Of a DNA stretch of 64,000 nucleotides, positions 56,519 to 64,000 are shown piece by piece (position 1 is the stretch's first letter; every line of letters begins with the position of its first letter). The DNA is from an uncultured Chloroflexia bacterium (GTDB taxonomy: Bacteria > Chloroflexota > Limnocylindria > Limnocylindrales > CSP1-4): positions 288,001-352,000 of the forward strand of contig CAVPPB010000001.1 of assembly GCA_963707215.1 (NCBI GenBank). Reading direction: 5' to 3'. A program made the translations under genes and the position numbers. The notes below the pieces were generated by a model. That model was not told where the DNA came from and made no database searches. It was given only the letters and a program-made list of their open reading frames with translations.

Positions 56519-57340
56519 TCAGCCCGGGCGTGGATCGCGAGCCACGAAGACGTCCCGCTCCCACGGGTCGCCCACGACCTCCGCGACGAGCCCGGCCTCG
56601 GCGAGAAGCCGCAGCCACGTCCCTCGGTCGAACAGGCCCTCGACGTGGCGCTCCTGCTCGACCCGGACGGTGCCGTCCGCCTCGCGGAGCAGGAAGGCGA
56701 AGTCGGTGACGAAGGTCGAGTCGGTCGGGTCCGGGTCCCAGGACCACTCGAGGTAGCGCATCGCCCGATCGGCGCCGTCGTGGCCGCCATGGTCGGTCGA
56801 TGGCCGGAACGTCTCACGGACGGCGTCGGGCATGAGGATGGCGACCCCTCCCGGGCGCAGGTGCGCCGCCACGGTCGCGAACGCCGCCGCGAGGTCGGTC
56901 TCGTCGGTCAGGTACATGACCGCGTCGTGGACCAGGACCGCGTCGAAGGTCCTCGCGAGGCGGATCGAGCGCATGTCACCGACGACGTGCTCGCTGCCCG
57001 GGTTGATGGTCCGACTCAGCTCGAGCATCGGCGGCGAGCGGTCGACGAGGGTCAACTCCAGGTCGGCCGCGAGATGCGATGCCGTGTTGCCACCCCCGGA
57101 ACCCAGCTCGAGGAGCGTCCTGAGGGGGTGGCATCGCGCCCGCAGGCACTCGAGCACCCAGGCCGCCTCCTCGGCGTAGTCCTCGGGGGCCGTCAGCAGA
57201 TGGAACCAGGGCGCGAGACGGCCGTACATGAGCTCATCGCCGGACTCGGAGCGGGCGCCGTCGCCCTGCCCGATTTGTCCGGTCGAGGCGTGCTCCTCGG
57301 GAGCCCGAGATCCAGGGCGGCCGGCCCGCATGTCACCCAT
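56519..57340 (-). CDS. Class I SAM-dependent methyltransferase
   Basis: LLELGSGGG, LVDRS, GDMR and HLRPGG. Start either 57340 or 57229. Confidence 0.88.
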   Translation of the reverse strand: MGDMRAGRPGSRAPEEHASTGQIGQGDGARSESGDELMYGRLAPWFHLLTAPEDYAEEAAWVLECLRARCHPLRTLLELGSGGGNTASHLAADLELTLVDRSPPMLELSRTINPGSEHVVGDMRSIRLARTFDAVLVHDAVMYLTDETDLAAAFATVAAHLRPGGVAILMPDAVRETFRPSTDHGGHDGADRAMRYLEWSWDPDPTDSTFVTDFAFLLREADGTVRVEQERHVEGLFDRGTWLRLLAEAGLVAEVVGDPWERDVFVARDPRPG

Positions 57341-57389
57341 GCTCGCCATCTTCCCACCGAGACCCTGCTCGGTCGATAGGATGGCGGCC

Positions 57390-58535
57390 ATGGATCCCAT
57401 GTCGGTAGCCCTGGTCGTCGTCGGCCTGCCGGTGCTCCTGGTCGGCGCCGAGCTCCTCGTTCGCGGCGCATCGCGCCTGGCCCGGGCGGTCGGGATCAGC
57501 CCGGTGGTCGTCGGCCTGACGGTCGTCGCCTTCGGCACAAGCGCCCCGGAGCTGGCCGTGAACATCACGGCCGTCTATGCCGGCAACCCTGATGTCGCGG
57601 TCGGCAACGTCGTCGGCTCCAACATCGCCAACATCCTGCTGATCCTGGCCGTGGCGGCGATCGTCGCGCCGCTGGCCGTGGCGGCCAGGATCGTCCGGGC
57701 CGACGTCCCGCTGATGATCGGGACCGCGGCGCTCCTCTGGCTGTACGCGTCCGACGGCGAGCTGTCACGGCTGGAGGGCGTCATCCTCGTCGGCGGGCTG
57801 GCGATCTACATCCTGATGCTGTGGTGGGAGTCGCGTCGGGAGCCGGCCGCGATCGAGGCCGAGTTCGAGGCGGGGTTGACCAGCCGGGTCCACACGTCGG
57901 GCGGGGTCGTCCGCGACGTGGTGTTCGTGATCGTCGGCCTCGTGGCGCTGGTCGTCGGCGGACGGCTGATCGTCGACGGGGCAGTGGGGATCGCGACCGG
58001 CCTCGGCCTGCCGGAGGTCGTCATCGGCCTCACGGTGGTGGCCATCGGGACCTCGCTGCCGGAGATGGCGACCGCCGTCATCGCCGGCCTTCGGGGCGAG
58101 CCGGACCTGGCGGTCGGGAACATCGTCGGGAGCTGCATCTTCAACGTCCTGGCCGTCGTGGGGCTCACGGCGAGCGTCGCCCCCGACGCGATCCCCGTCG
58201 CAGCATCGGTGGCATCCTTCGATCTCCCGGTCATGGTGGCCGTGACGGTGATCGCCCTCCCGATCGTGCTCACCGGCTTCGTCGTCCGGCGTTGGGAAGG
58301 TGCCCTCCTGCTCGGCTACTACGCCATCTACCTGGCCTACGTCGTCCTGGACGCGACCGGGCGGCCGACCGAAGCCCTGTCCGAGGTCATGCTGACCTTC
58401 GTCATCCCTGCGACGGCGCTCGGCCTGGGTCTCGCGGCCTGGGCCGAGCTCCGCCAGCGCCGACCGGGCGCGGGTCAGGCGACTGATGGCGGGACGGCGC
58501 GGCCGGTCGACGGTGGCCCGCCAGCGTCCACGTAG
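57390..58535 (+). CDS. Calcium/sodium antiporter (CaCA/YrbG family)
   Basis: Two alpha repeats: GTSAPE...GNVVGSN and GTSLPE...GNIVGSC. Confidence 0.93.
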   Translation: MDPMSVALVVVGLPVLLVGAELLVRGASRLARAVGISPVVVGLTVVAFGTSAPELAVNITAVYAGNPDVAVGNVVGSNIANILLILAVAAIVAPLAVAARIVRADVPLMIGTAALLWLYASDGELSRLEGVILVGGLAIYILMLWWESRREPAAIEAEFEAGLTSRVHTSGGVVRDVVFVIVGLVALVVGGRLIVDGAVGIATGLGLPEVVIGLTVVAIGTSLPEMATAVIAGLRGEPDLAVGNIVGSCIFNVLAVVGLTASVAPDAIPVAASVASFDLPVMVAVTVIALPIVLTGFVVRRWEGALLLGYYAIYLAYVVLDATGRPTEALSEVMLTFVIPATALGLGLAAWAELRQRRPGAGQATDGGTARPVDGGPPAST

Positions 58536-58600
58536 CGACCGGCCCCACCGGCGGGTGGCGGGCCGGCTCCCCCCGGAAGCCGACCCGCCGACGGAGTGAG

Positions 58601-58774
58601 CTAGATCGACCCACCGATCCGACTAAGGATCGCGGCGATCTGCTCGCCAAGAAAGATGAGGGCCACGATGGCCACGATCGCGATGAGTGCCAGGATGAGG
58701 GCGTACTCGGCCAGCCCCTGGCCGGCCTGGTCCATCGACGGGTCAAGCCGTCGTACCAGTTGACGGATGTCCAT
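58601..58774 (-). CDS. Flp family type IVb pilin
   Basis: 57 aa with the Flp motif AG|QGLAEYALIL followed by a hydrophobic helix. GGGGAG RBS. Confidence 0.85.
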   Translation of the reverse strand: MDIRQLVRRLDPSMDQAGQGLAEYALILALIAIVAIVALIFLGEQIAAILSRIGGSI

Positions 58775-58893
58775 CCGGATCTCCCCACTACGGACCCTGG
58801 ATCCGCCGTCGGGCCGGGCCCGAGCACCGCCGGCCCCACCAGCCTCGATCGGGACCGGGCTCCGGTCCATCCGTCGGGTCCCCCAGACCCGGC

Positions 58894-58909
58894 TGCGGGT
58901 CCTCCCGCA
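58894..58909. promoter_or_regulatory. Palindrome TGCGGG-N4-CCCGCA upstream of the Flp pilin (putative NarL-type binding site)
   Basis: Identical arms to the site at 60910-60925. Confidence 0.6.
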
Positions 58910-58957
58910 CGGCGGGGTCGCGCCCCGGCACGGCCGGCCACCCCGGGGCCGGCGGCG

Positions 58958-60247
58958 TCAGGCCCGCGACGTCCAGCGGAACCGGACCGACGTGCCTCCA
59001 GCCGGTGACCGCCCGACCTCCGATCGGGCTCCTGCCTCCACAGCGAGCCGCCGGATCTCGGCCAGGCCCTGGCGACCGGCGGCGAGTGCCCGGGCTTCGG
59101 CGCCATGGTCGATGCCGGCCCCGTCGTCGACGACCTCGAGATCCGCCACGGCCGCGCCGGTCGTCACCCGGATCTCGATGCGGGCGGGCGCCGCATGGCG
59201 GACGGCATTGTCGACCGCCAGGGCGGCGGACCGGAAGGCGGCCGCCTCGATCGGCGCCGGCGGCCGCCCTCCGTCGGTGCCGTCCAGGACGATGAGGTCG
59301 ACGGCTACCCTCGTGCGCGCCTCGACCCGTTCCGCGAGGCCTTCGAGGGCCGACACTAGCCCGAGCGACTCCAGGATCGGATCTCGGCGCTCGATGACGA
59401 CCCCTTCGAGATCGGCGGCGATGGCTCGAAGCTCGGCCGCGATCCCGTCGACGGGTCGGCCTCCCTCGAGATCCCGGAGGGCGTCGCGCAAGGCTGGGAT
59501 CGTCTGGGCATGCAACTCGCCTGCCAGCCGGCGACGTTCGAGCTCGGCCGCGACACGACGGGCATCAGCCCGACCCATCAGCTCGTCGATGAAGGCGATC
59601 GACCAGGCCGCCGGCCCGGTCCGCGCGTCCGGCTCGGCCTGGCGGGCCATCGTCCGCTGTGCCGCCGGCAGGACATCGCCGGCGATGCCGAGCAGCGCCA
59701 GGCCCACGACGACGCTCCCCCAGGCTCGGATCGGCAGGAAGAGGACGACACTGAGGGGGATCCTGCGGTCCTCGTCGAAGCCCGCCATGGTGAAGAGGAC
59801 CGTGGCCGCGGAGGCCGCTGCGAGCCAGCCGACCAGTCCCCACGCGGCCACCCGGACGACCGGTCGGACGAGACGGTCTGATCGCGTTGCGTACAGGGCC
59901 GCGACGACGGTCGCCGCCAGCGCGGTGACCGCGGCGATCGAGGCAGCCGCCAGCCATGCCTCGTCGATCGAGTGATCGCGGAGGGCCGCCTGGAGCGCCG
60001 CCGGTGCGCGCGTCGCGAAGACCGCCGCGAAGGTCACCGAGAACCAGGCGAGGGCCGGGCTCCGGCGCAGCGTGAGCCCGGCGAGGCAGAGGAGGCCGAC
60101 GGCCAGCAGGATGCCGGTCGAACTCGGGATCGCTTCCTGCTCGGTCGCCCAGTTCGACAGGAGCCAGGTCACGACGGCCACGAGCACGCCGCCGGACGCC
60201 AGGACGACAGCCGCGGCGAGGTCACGTGCCAACGGACGCTCGCTCAC
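58958..60247 (-). CDS. Membrane sensor histidine kinase, NarX/HisKA_3-like (divergent)
   Basis: About 6 TM segments, ERRRLAGELHA, LESLGL, DNAVRHA, DDGAG and GRQGL. Confidence 0.85.
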   Translation of the reverse strand: MSERPLARDLAAAVVLASGGVLVAVVTWLLSNWATEQEAIPSSTGILLAVGLLCLAGLTLRRSPALAWFSVTFAAVFATRAPAALQAALRDHSIDEAWLAAASIAAVTALAATVVAALYATRSDRLVRPVVRVAAWGLVGWLAAASAATVLFTMAGFDEDRRIPLSVVLFLPIRAWGSVVVGLALLGIAGDVLPAAQRTMARQAEPDARTGPAAWSIAFIDELMGRADARRVAAELERRRLAGELHAQTIPALRDALRDLEGGRPVDGIAAELRAIAADLEGVVIERRDPILESLGLVSALEGLAERVEARTRVAVDLIVLDGTDGGRPPAPIEAAAFRSAALAVDNAVRHAAPARIEIRVTTGAAVADLEVVDDGAGIDHGAEARALAAGRQGLAEIRRLAVEAGARSEVGRSPAGGTSVRFRWTSRA

Positions 60248-60873
60248 GACACGTCGGCGGGCCCGGTGTCCCGCAGCCAGCCCTCGCGCAGGGCGAGCAC
60301 CGTGAGCTCGGTCCGGCTCAGGACGCCGTAGCGATCGAACATCCGGCGAAGGTGGCTCTCGACCGTCTTCTCGCTGATCCGGAGGCGGCCGCCGATCTCC
60401 CCGTTGGTGGCCCCGGCCATGACGGCCGTCAGCACCTCGACCTCACGCTCCGTTGGCGGCCGGGGCGCCGAACGCATCGCCCGAAGCACCGTCGCCGGGT
60501 AGGCCGACCGACCGGCGGCGACGTCACGCACGGCCCCGATGATCGTGTCCAGGTCCGCCGACTTGGACAGGTAGCCGGCCGCCCCGCGTTCGAACGACGC
60601 TCGTATGAGCGACGGCGCCTCGAACGCGGAGAGGATGACGACCGCGGGCCGGGACGCACCGCCCAGCGCAGCCAGAAGGTCAAGACCCCCACCGTCGCCA
60701 GCCAGCTGGAGATCACAGACGACGACGTCCGGATCGGTGGTCGCGATGACCTCGCGAGCACGCTCGACCGAGGCGGCCGACCCGACGACCTCGAGATCGT
60801 TCTCGTCGTCGGCCCGCGACATGAGCGCATCGACGATGGCCGGGTGGTCGTCGACGACGATCAGGCGGATCAT
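60244..60873 (-). CDS. NarL/LuxR family response regulator
   Basis: VVDDH, CDLQL, GAAGYLSK and TEREVEVL...N.EIG..L.ISEKTVESH. Confidence 0.93.
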   Translation of the reverse strand: MIRLIVVDDHPAIVDALMSRADDENDLEVVGSAASVERAREVIATTDPDVVVCDLQLAGDGGGLDLLAALGGASRPAVVILSAFEAPSLIRASFERGAAGYLSKSADLDTIIGAVRDVAAGRSAYPATVLRAMRSAPRPPTEREVEVLTAVMAGATNGEIGGRLRISEKTVESHLRRMFDRYGVLSRTELTVLALREGWLRDTGPADVS

Positions 60874-60909
60874 GCCGGCACTCTACGGGACGCGACCCGG
60901 CCCCGGCGT

Positions 60910-60925
60910 TGCGGGTGTTCCCGCA
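60910..60925. promoter_or_regulatory. Palindrome TGCGGG-N4-CCCGCA between the response regulator and the small membrane protein
   Basis: Identical arms to the site at 58894-58909. Confidence 0.6.
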
Positions 60926-61053
60926 GCGGGGCGCCGCCACCGGCTACGTCGTTCGTCCTGGCTCGACCGCGTCGCAGGCACGAGGCGTCGGGCGGCCGGG
61001 CCGACGAAGATCCAGGGTGGCAGCATCCCGGCTGCCCGCCCAAGGAGCCCATC

Positions 61054-61212
61054 GTGCAGACCTCCGTCCCAGTCGCCACGCTCACGGCCATCGGAGTCCT
61101 CCTCGTGGTTCTCGGGCTCTTCGCCGCGGGCAGCCTGGAGCTGATCGTCCTGGGGGTGGTCGCCGTCGCATTCGCCGGGGTCCTCCAGACCATCGAGAAC
61201 AGGCGTACCTGA
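61054..61212 (+). CDS. Small (52 aa) two-helix membrane protein
   Basis: GTG after AAGGAG: VQTSVPVATLTAIGVLLVVLGLFAAGSLELIVLGVVAVAFAGVLQTIENRRT. Confidence 0.7.
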   Translation: MQTSVPVATLTAIGVLLVVLGLFAAGSLELIVLGVVAVAFAGVLQTIENRRT

Positions 61213-61264
61213 AGTCCTGCCGGCGCAGCGAGCTCGAGCCGAGCCCGAACGCTACCCTGCCCGA

Positions 61265-62056
61265 GTGAGCGCTCCGAACCTCGACGACCTGCCGGAGCAC
61301 GTCCGGCTCAACCGCGCGTCCTGGGATCTGGCCGCAGCCGACTACGTCGCGGCCGGCGAGCGGGCCTGGGCCCAGGACGAGCCGACCTGGGGCATCTTCG
61401 GCGTGCCCGAGGCCGACGTCCGGCTCTTCCGCGACGACCTCGCCGGCAAGGACGTCATCGAGCTGGGCTGTGGGACCGCCTACGTCTCGGCCTGGATGGC
61501 CCGCCGAGGCGCCCGTCCGGTCGGCATCGACAACTCGCCCAAGCAGCTCGAGACAGCCCGGCGGCTCCAACACGAGCACCGCCTCGATTTCCCGCTCCTG
61601 CTCGGCAACGCGGAGACGGTCCCCTACCCCGACGCCTCGTTCGACATCGCCGTCTCCGAATACGGGGCCGCCCTGTGGGCCGACCCGTACGCCTGGATCC
61701 CGGAGGCCGCCCGCCTGCTTCGGCCGGGAGGCCTGCTCGCATTCCTCACCAACCATCTCCTCGCCTACCTCTGCGTGCCCGACGTCGAGGCGGACGGCCC
61801 GGCCGACGAGCGGCTGAAGCGGTCGATGTTCGGGATGCACCGGATCACCTGGCCGGACGACGAGACCGGCGGAGTCGAGTTCCACCTTGCCCACGGCGAC
61901 TGGATCCGGCTGCTCCGGGACAGCGGCTTCGAGGTCGAGGACCTCGTCGAGCTGCGGCCGCCGGAGGGCTCGACGACGACCTACGAGTGGATGAGCCTCG
62001 AGTGGGCGCGCCGGTGGCCCCCCGAGGAGGTCTGGATCGCCCGCAAAGGCGGCTGA
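61265..62056 (+). CDS. Class I SAM-dependent methyltransferase
   Basis: IELGCGTA, GIDNS, GNAE..PYPDASFD and LLRPGG. Confidence 0.9.
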   Translation: MSAPNLDDLPEHVRLNRASWDLAAADYVAAGERAWAQDEPTWGIFGVPEADVRLFRDDLAGKDVIELGCGTAYVSAWMARRGARPVGIDNSPKQLETARRLQHEHRLDFPLLLGNAETVPYPDASFDIAVSEYGAALWADPYAWIPEAARLLRPGGLLAFLTNHLLAYLCVPDVEADGPADERLKRSMFGMHRITWPDDETGGVEFHLAHGDWIRLLRDSGFEVEDLVELRPPEGSTTTYEWMSLEWARRWPPEEVWIARKGG

Positions 62057-62067
62057 CCCGGCCCGGG

Positions 62068-64000
62068 TTACAAGAGCGCGTCGGGTCGCAGCAGCCTGAG
62101 GGTGTCCGAGCGGTCGTCGGTCAGCGGACGCTCGTCGGGCACGACCGGCTCCCAGCCACGGTCCCGGAACCAGGCGACGTCCGCGGCGTCGCGAACAGCC
62201 ACGACCCACTCCGAGGCGATCGCCCCGGCCACCGCCTCGGCGTCGCTCGGGCTGTAGCGGCGGTAGAGCGTCGTGAGCCCGGCCGGCTCCAGGCTCGCGG
62301 CGATGACCGGCGCCAGGTCGTAGGTCCGGCTGGAGACCTGGGCCGCGAGCAGCCCGTCGTCGGCGAGCACCCGGACGTCGTCGGCGAGGGCCTCGACGGT
62401 GAGGAGGTGGGCCGGGATCACGTCGGACGCGAAGGCGTCGAGGATCAGCAGGTCGACGCTGGCATCGGCCGTCCGCTCGATGGCCAGGCGGCCATCGTCG
62501 AGCTCGACCGATACCGGCACCGCCGCGGTCGAGAGATAGCCGAAGAGCGCCGGGTCGCGGGCGATCTCGGCGACCAGGGGGTCGACCTCCACGAACCGGT
62601 ACGTGTCGCCGGGCTCGGCGTAGGCGGCGATGGTCCCGGCACCGAGGCCGACGATCGTGACCCGGCGGCCGGCAGTCTCCTGCCCGACCGAGCGCGCCAT
62701 GACGTCCCCCAGCGGGCCGCTCCGAACGAAGTAGGCCGTCGGCTCGCGCGCCTGCGCCGGATCGGTCGACTGCACGCCGTGCACGGTCGTCCCGTGGTAG
62801 AGGACCGTCTGCTCCGGTCGGCCGTCGTCCGGCAGGACCCGGACGACCTCGCTGACCGCGAAGAAGCTCCGGTCGCGCAGGAGGGCCGGCTCCGGGGCGA
62901 GCAGGGGGATCGCCACGACCAGGGCCGCCACGACCGTCGCCACCCTGAGGTCGCCGGCGACCGCCACGACCAGCGCCCCGACCAGGAACCAGGTGCTCGC
63001 CTCCGCCAGCGCCACGGACCGACCCAGGGTCAGGGCGACAGCCAGCAGCCCCGCGATCGCCAGGTAGGCCGTCATCCGCCGGGTCATCCCGCTGAGGGCC
63101 CGGCGCGGATCCGGGACCCCGGCCGGGCCCGCCTCGGTCGCCGTCACGGCGCCGATCGCCAGGACCAGGAGGATGGGGTACTCCCAGATGTCGGGGAAGA
63201 CCGCCGGGGCGAGCAGCCCGACGAAGGCACCACCGGTGACCCCTCCGAGCGCGAGGAGGAGCTCGAACTCGGTCAGTCGGTCGGGCGGAGGCCGGTCACC
63301 GGCCAGGCGACCGTGAAGGGCAATGGCGATGAGGGCGAACCCTCCCCACTCCACCGCGAGCAGGGGCAGGACCGGCCAGTCGACGGGAGCCGCCCAGGGC
63401 ACCAGGAGGACGGCCGCCGCGACCGGGACGGCCCAGGCCGGCCCGCCGAGCCGGCGCCCGAGGCGTCCCGAGAAGGCGGCGACGAGCGTCAGCAGGTAGA
63501 TGCCGAGTGGGCCGACCCAGAGGAGCGGCGCGGCCATGAGATCCGTGGCGATGAAGTTGGTGACCGCGGCCAGGAGCCCGGCCGGGACCGCCGCCAGGAG
63601 GATCCAGCGCAGCCGGCGCGCCGGCGGTGGCGCGACGCTGGCGGGCCCCGGGACCGCCGGACGGTGGGCTCGGAGGGCGCCCCGCGAGCGCCACGACGGG
63701 ATCGCGCAGACGACCAGGATGGCGGCGAGGAGCACGAACCCGACCGTCCAGAGCGCCCGCTGGTCGGCCAGGCCGACGAACGGGTCGACGATGAACGGGT
63801 ACGCCAGAAGCCCGGCGAACGAGCCGAGGTTGCTGAGCGCGTACAGGCGGTAGGGGTCGCCCGTCGTCGGGCCCTCGTGGCCCTGCGTCGTGCCCGGATC
63901 GGCCGTCGCCCGACCCCGGTCGCCCATCCCCACCAGCCAGCCGGACAGCAGCGGGGTCGTGCTGCCGAGGATGACGGCGGGCAGCCCGATCGTGATCGCC
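62068..64000 (-). CDS. Fused MFS-like membrane domain / spermidine synthase-like methyltransferase (5' end outside the window)
   Basis: PYRLYALSNLGS, PLLWVGPL, HGTTVHG, GLGAGT, EVDP, DGR and DAF..D.IP.HLLT. Confidence 0.88.
   Translation of the reverse strand, partial: AITIGLPAVILGSTTPLLSGWLVGMGDRGRATADPGTTQGHEGPTTGDPYRLYALSNLGSFAGLLAYPFIVDPFVGLADQRALWTVGFVLLAAILVVCAIPSWRSRGALRAHRPAVPGPASVAPPPARRLRWILLAAVPAGLLAAVTNFIATDLMAAPLLWVGPLGIYLLTLVAAFSGRLGRRLGGPAWAVPVAAAVLLVPWAAPVDWPVLPLLAVEWGGFALIAIALHGRLAGDRPPPDRLTEFELLLALGGVTGGAFVGLLAPAVFPDIWEYPILLVLAIGAVTATEAGPAGVPDPRRALSGMTRRMTAYLAIAGLLAVALTLGRSVALAEASTWFLVGALVVAVAGDLRVATVVAALVVAIPLLAPEPALLRDRSFFAVSEVVRVLPDDGRPEQTVLYHGTTVHGVQSTDPAQAREPTAYFVRSGPLGDVMARSVGQETAGRRVTIVGLGAGTIAAYAEPGDTYRFVEVDPLVAEIARDPALFGYLSTAAVPVSVELDDGRLAIERTADASVDLLILDAFASDVIPAHLLTVEALADDVRVLADDGLLAAQVSSRTYDLAPVIAASLEPAGLTTLYRRYSPSDAEAVAGAIASEWVVAVRDAADVAWFRDRGWEPVVPDERPLTDDRSDTLRLLRPDALL

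Overview
A very GC-rich bacterial chromosomal window. Gene style, F420-type enzymes, a Flp pilin and frequent leaderless genes suggest an Actinobacteria-like or Chloroflexota organism; this taxonomy is inference only. It has about 60 densely packed genes, and I saw no rRNA, tRNA, CRISPR array, transposase, integrase or phage module. The first ~20.5 kb is a coherent catabolic island of unknown substrate. The leftward operon encodes a PEP-utiliser/phospho-His protein lacking its ATP-grasp domain, a GntR, an HprK-like P-loop protein, a three-subunit xanthine-dehydrogenase-family Mo-hydroxylase and a cyclase-family amidohydrolase. The rightward operons encode an atypical transaldolase-family protein, a CoA-acylating aldehyde dehydrogenase, a cupin, a split transketolase, and a fused E1alpha/beta plus E2 2-oxoacid dehydrogenase. 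Four copies of a palindrome (TCGATAATCGA) at their promoters and two close GntR paralogs tie these operons together. This regulon is my best candidate for an undescribed system. The second candidate is a NarL-type two-component system flanked by an orphan Flp pilin and a 52-aa membrane peptide, both preceded by the same TGCGGG-N4-CCCGCA palindrome. The remainder is housekeeping or accessory: citrate synthase, ADP-forming acyl-CoA ligase, a Cu ATPase with a CsoR/RcnR-type operator, ABC and MFS transporters, a holin-phosphodiesterase fusion with a nuclease, an OmpR two-component system, a persulfide dioxygenase, a frameshifted thymidine kinase, methyltransferases and an MFS-spermidine synthase fusion. 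All calls come from motif recognition by eye; no database search was run.
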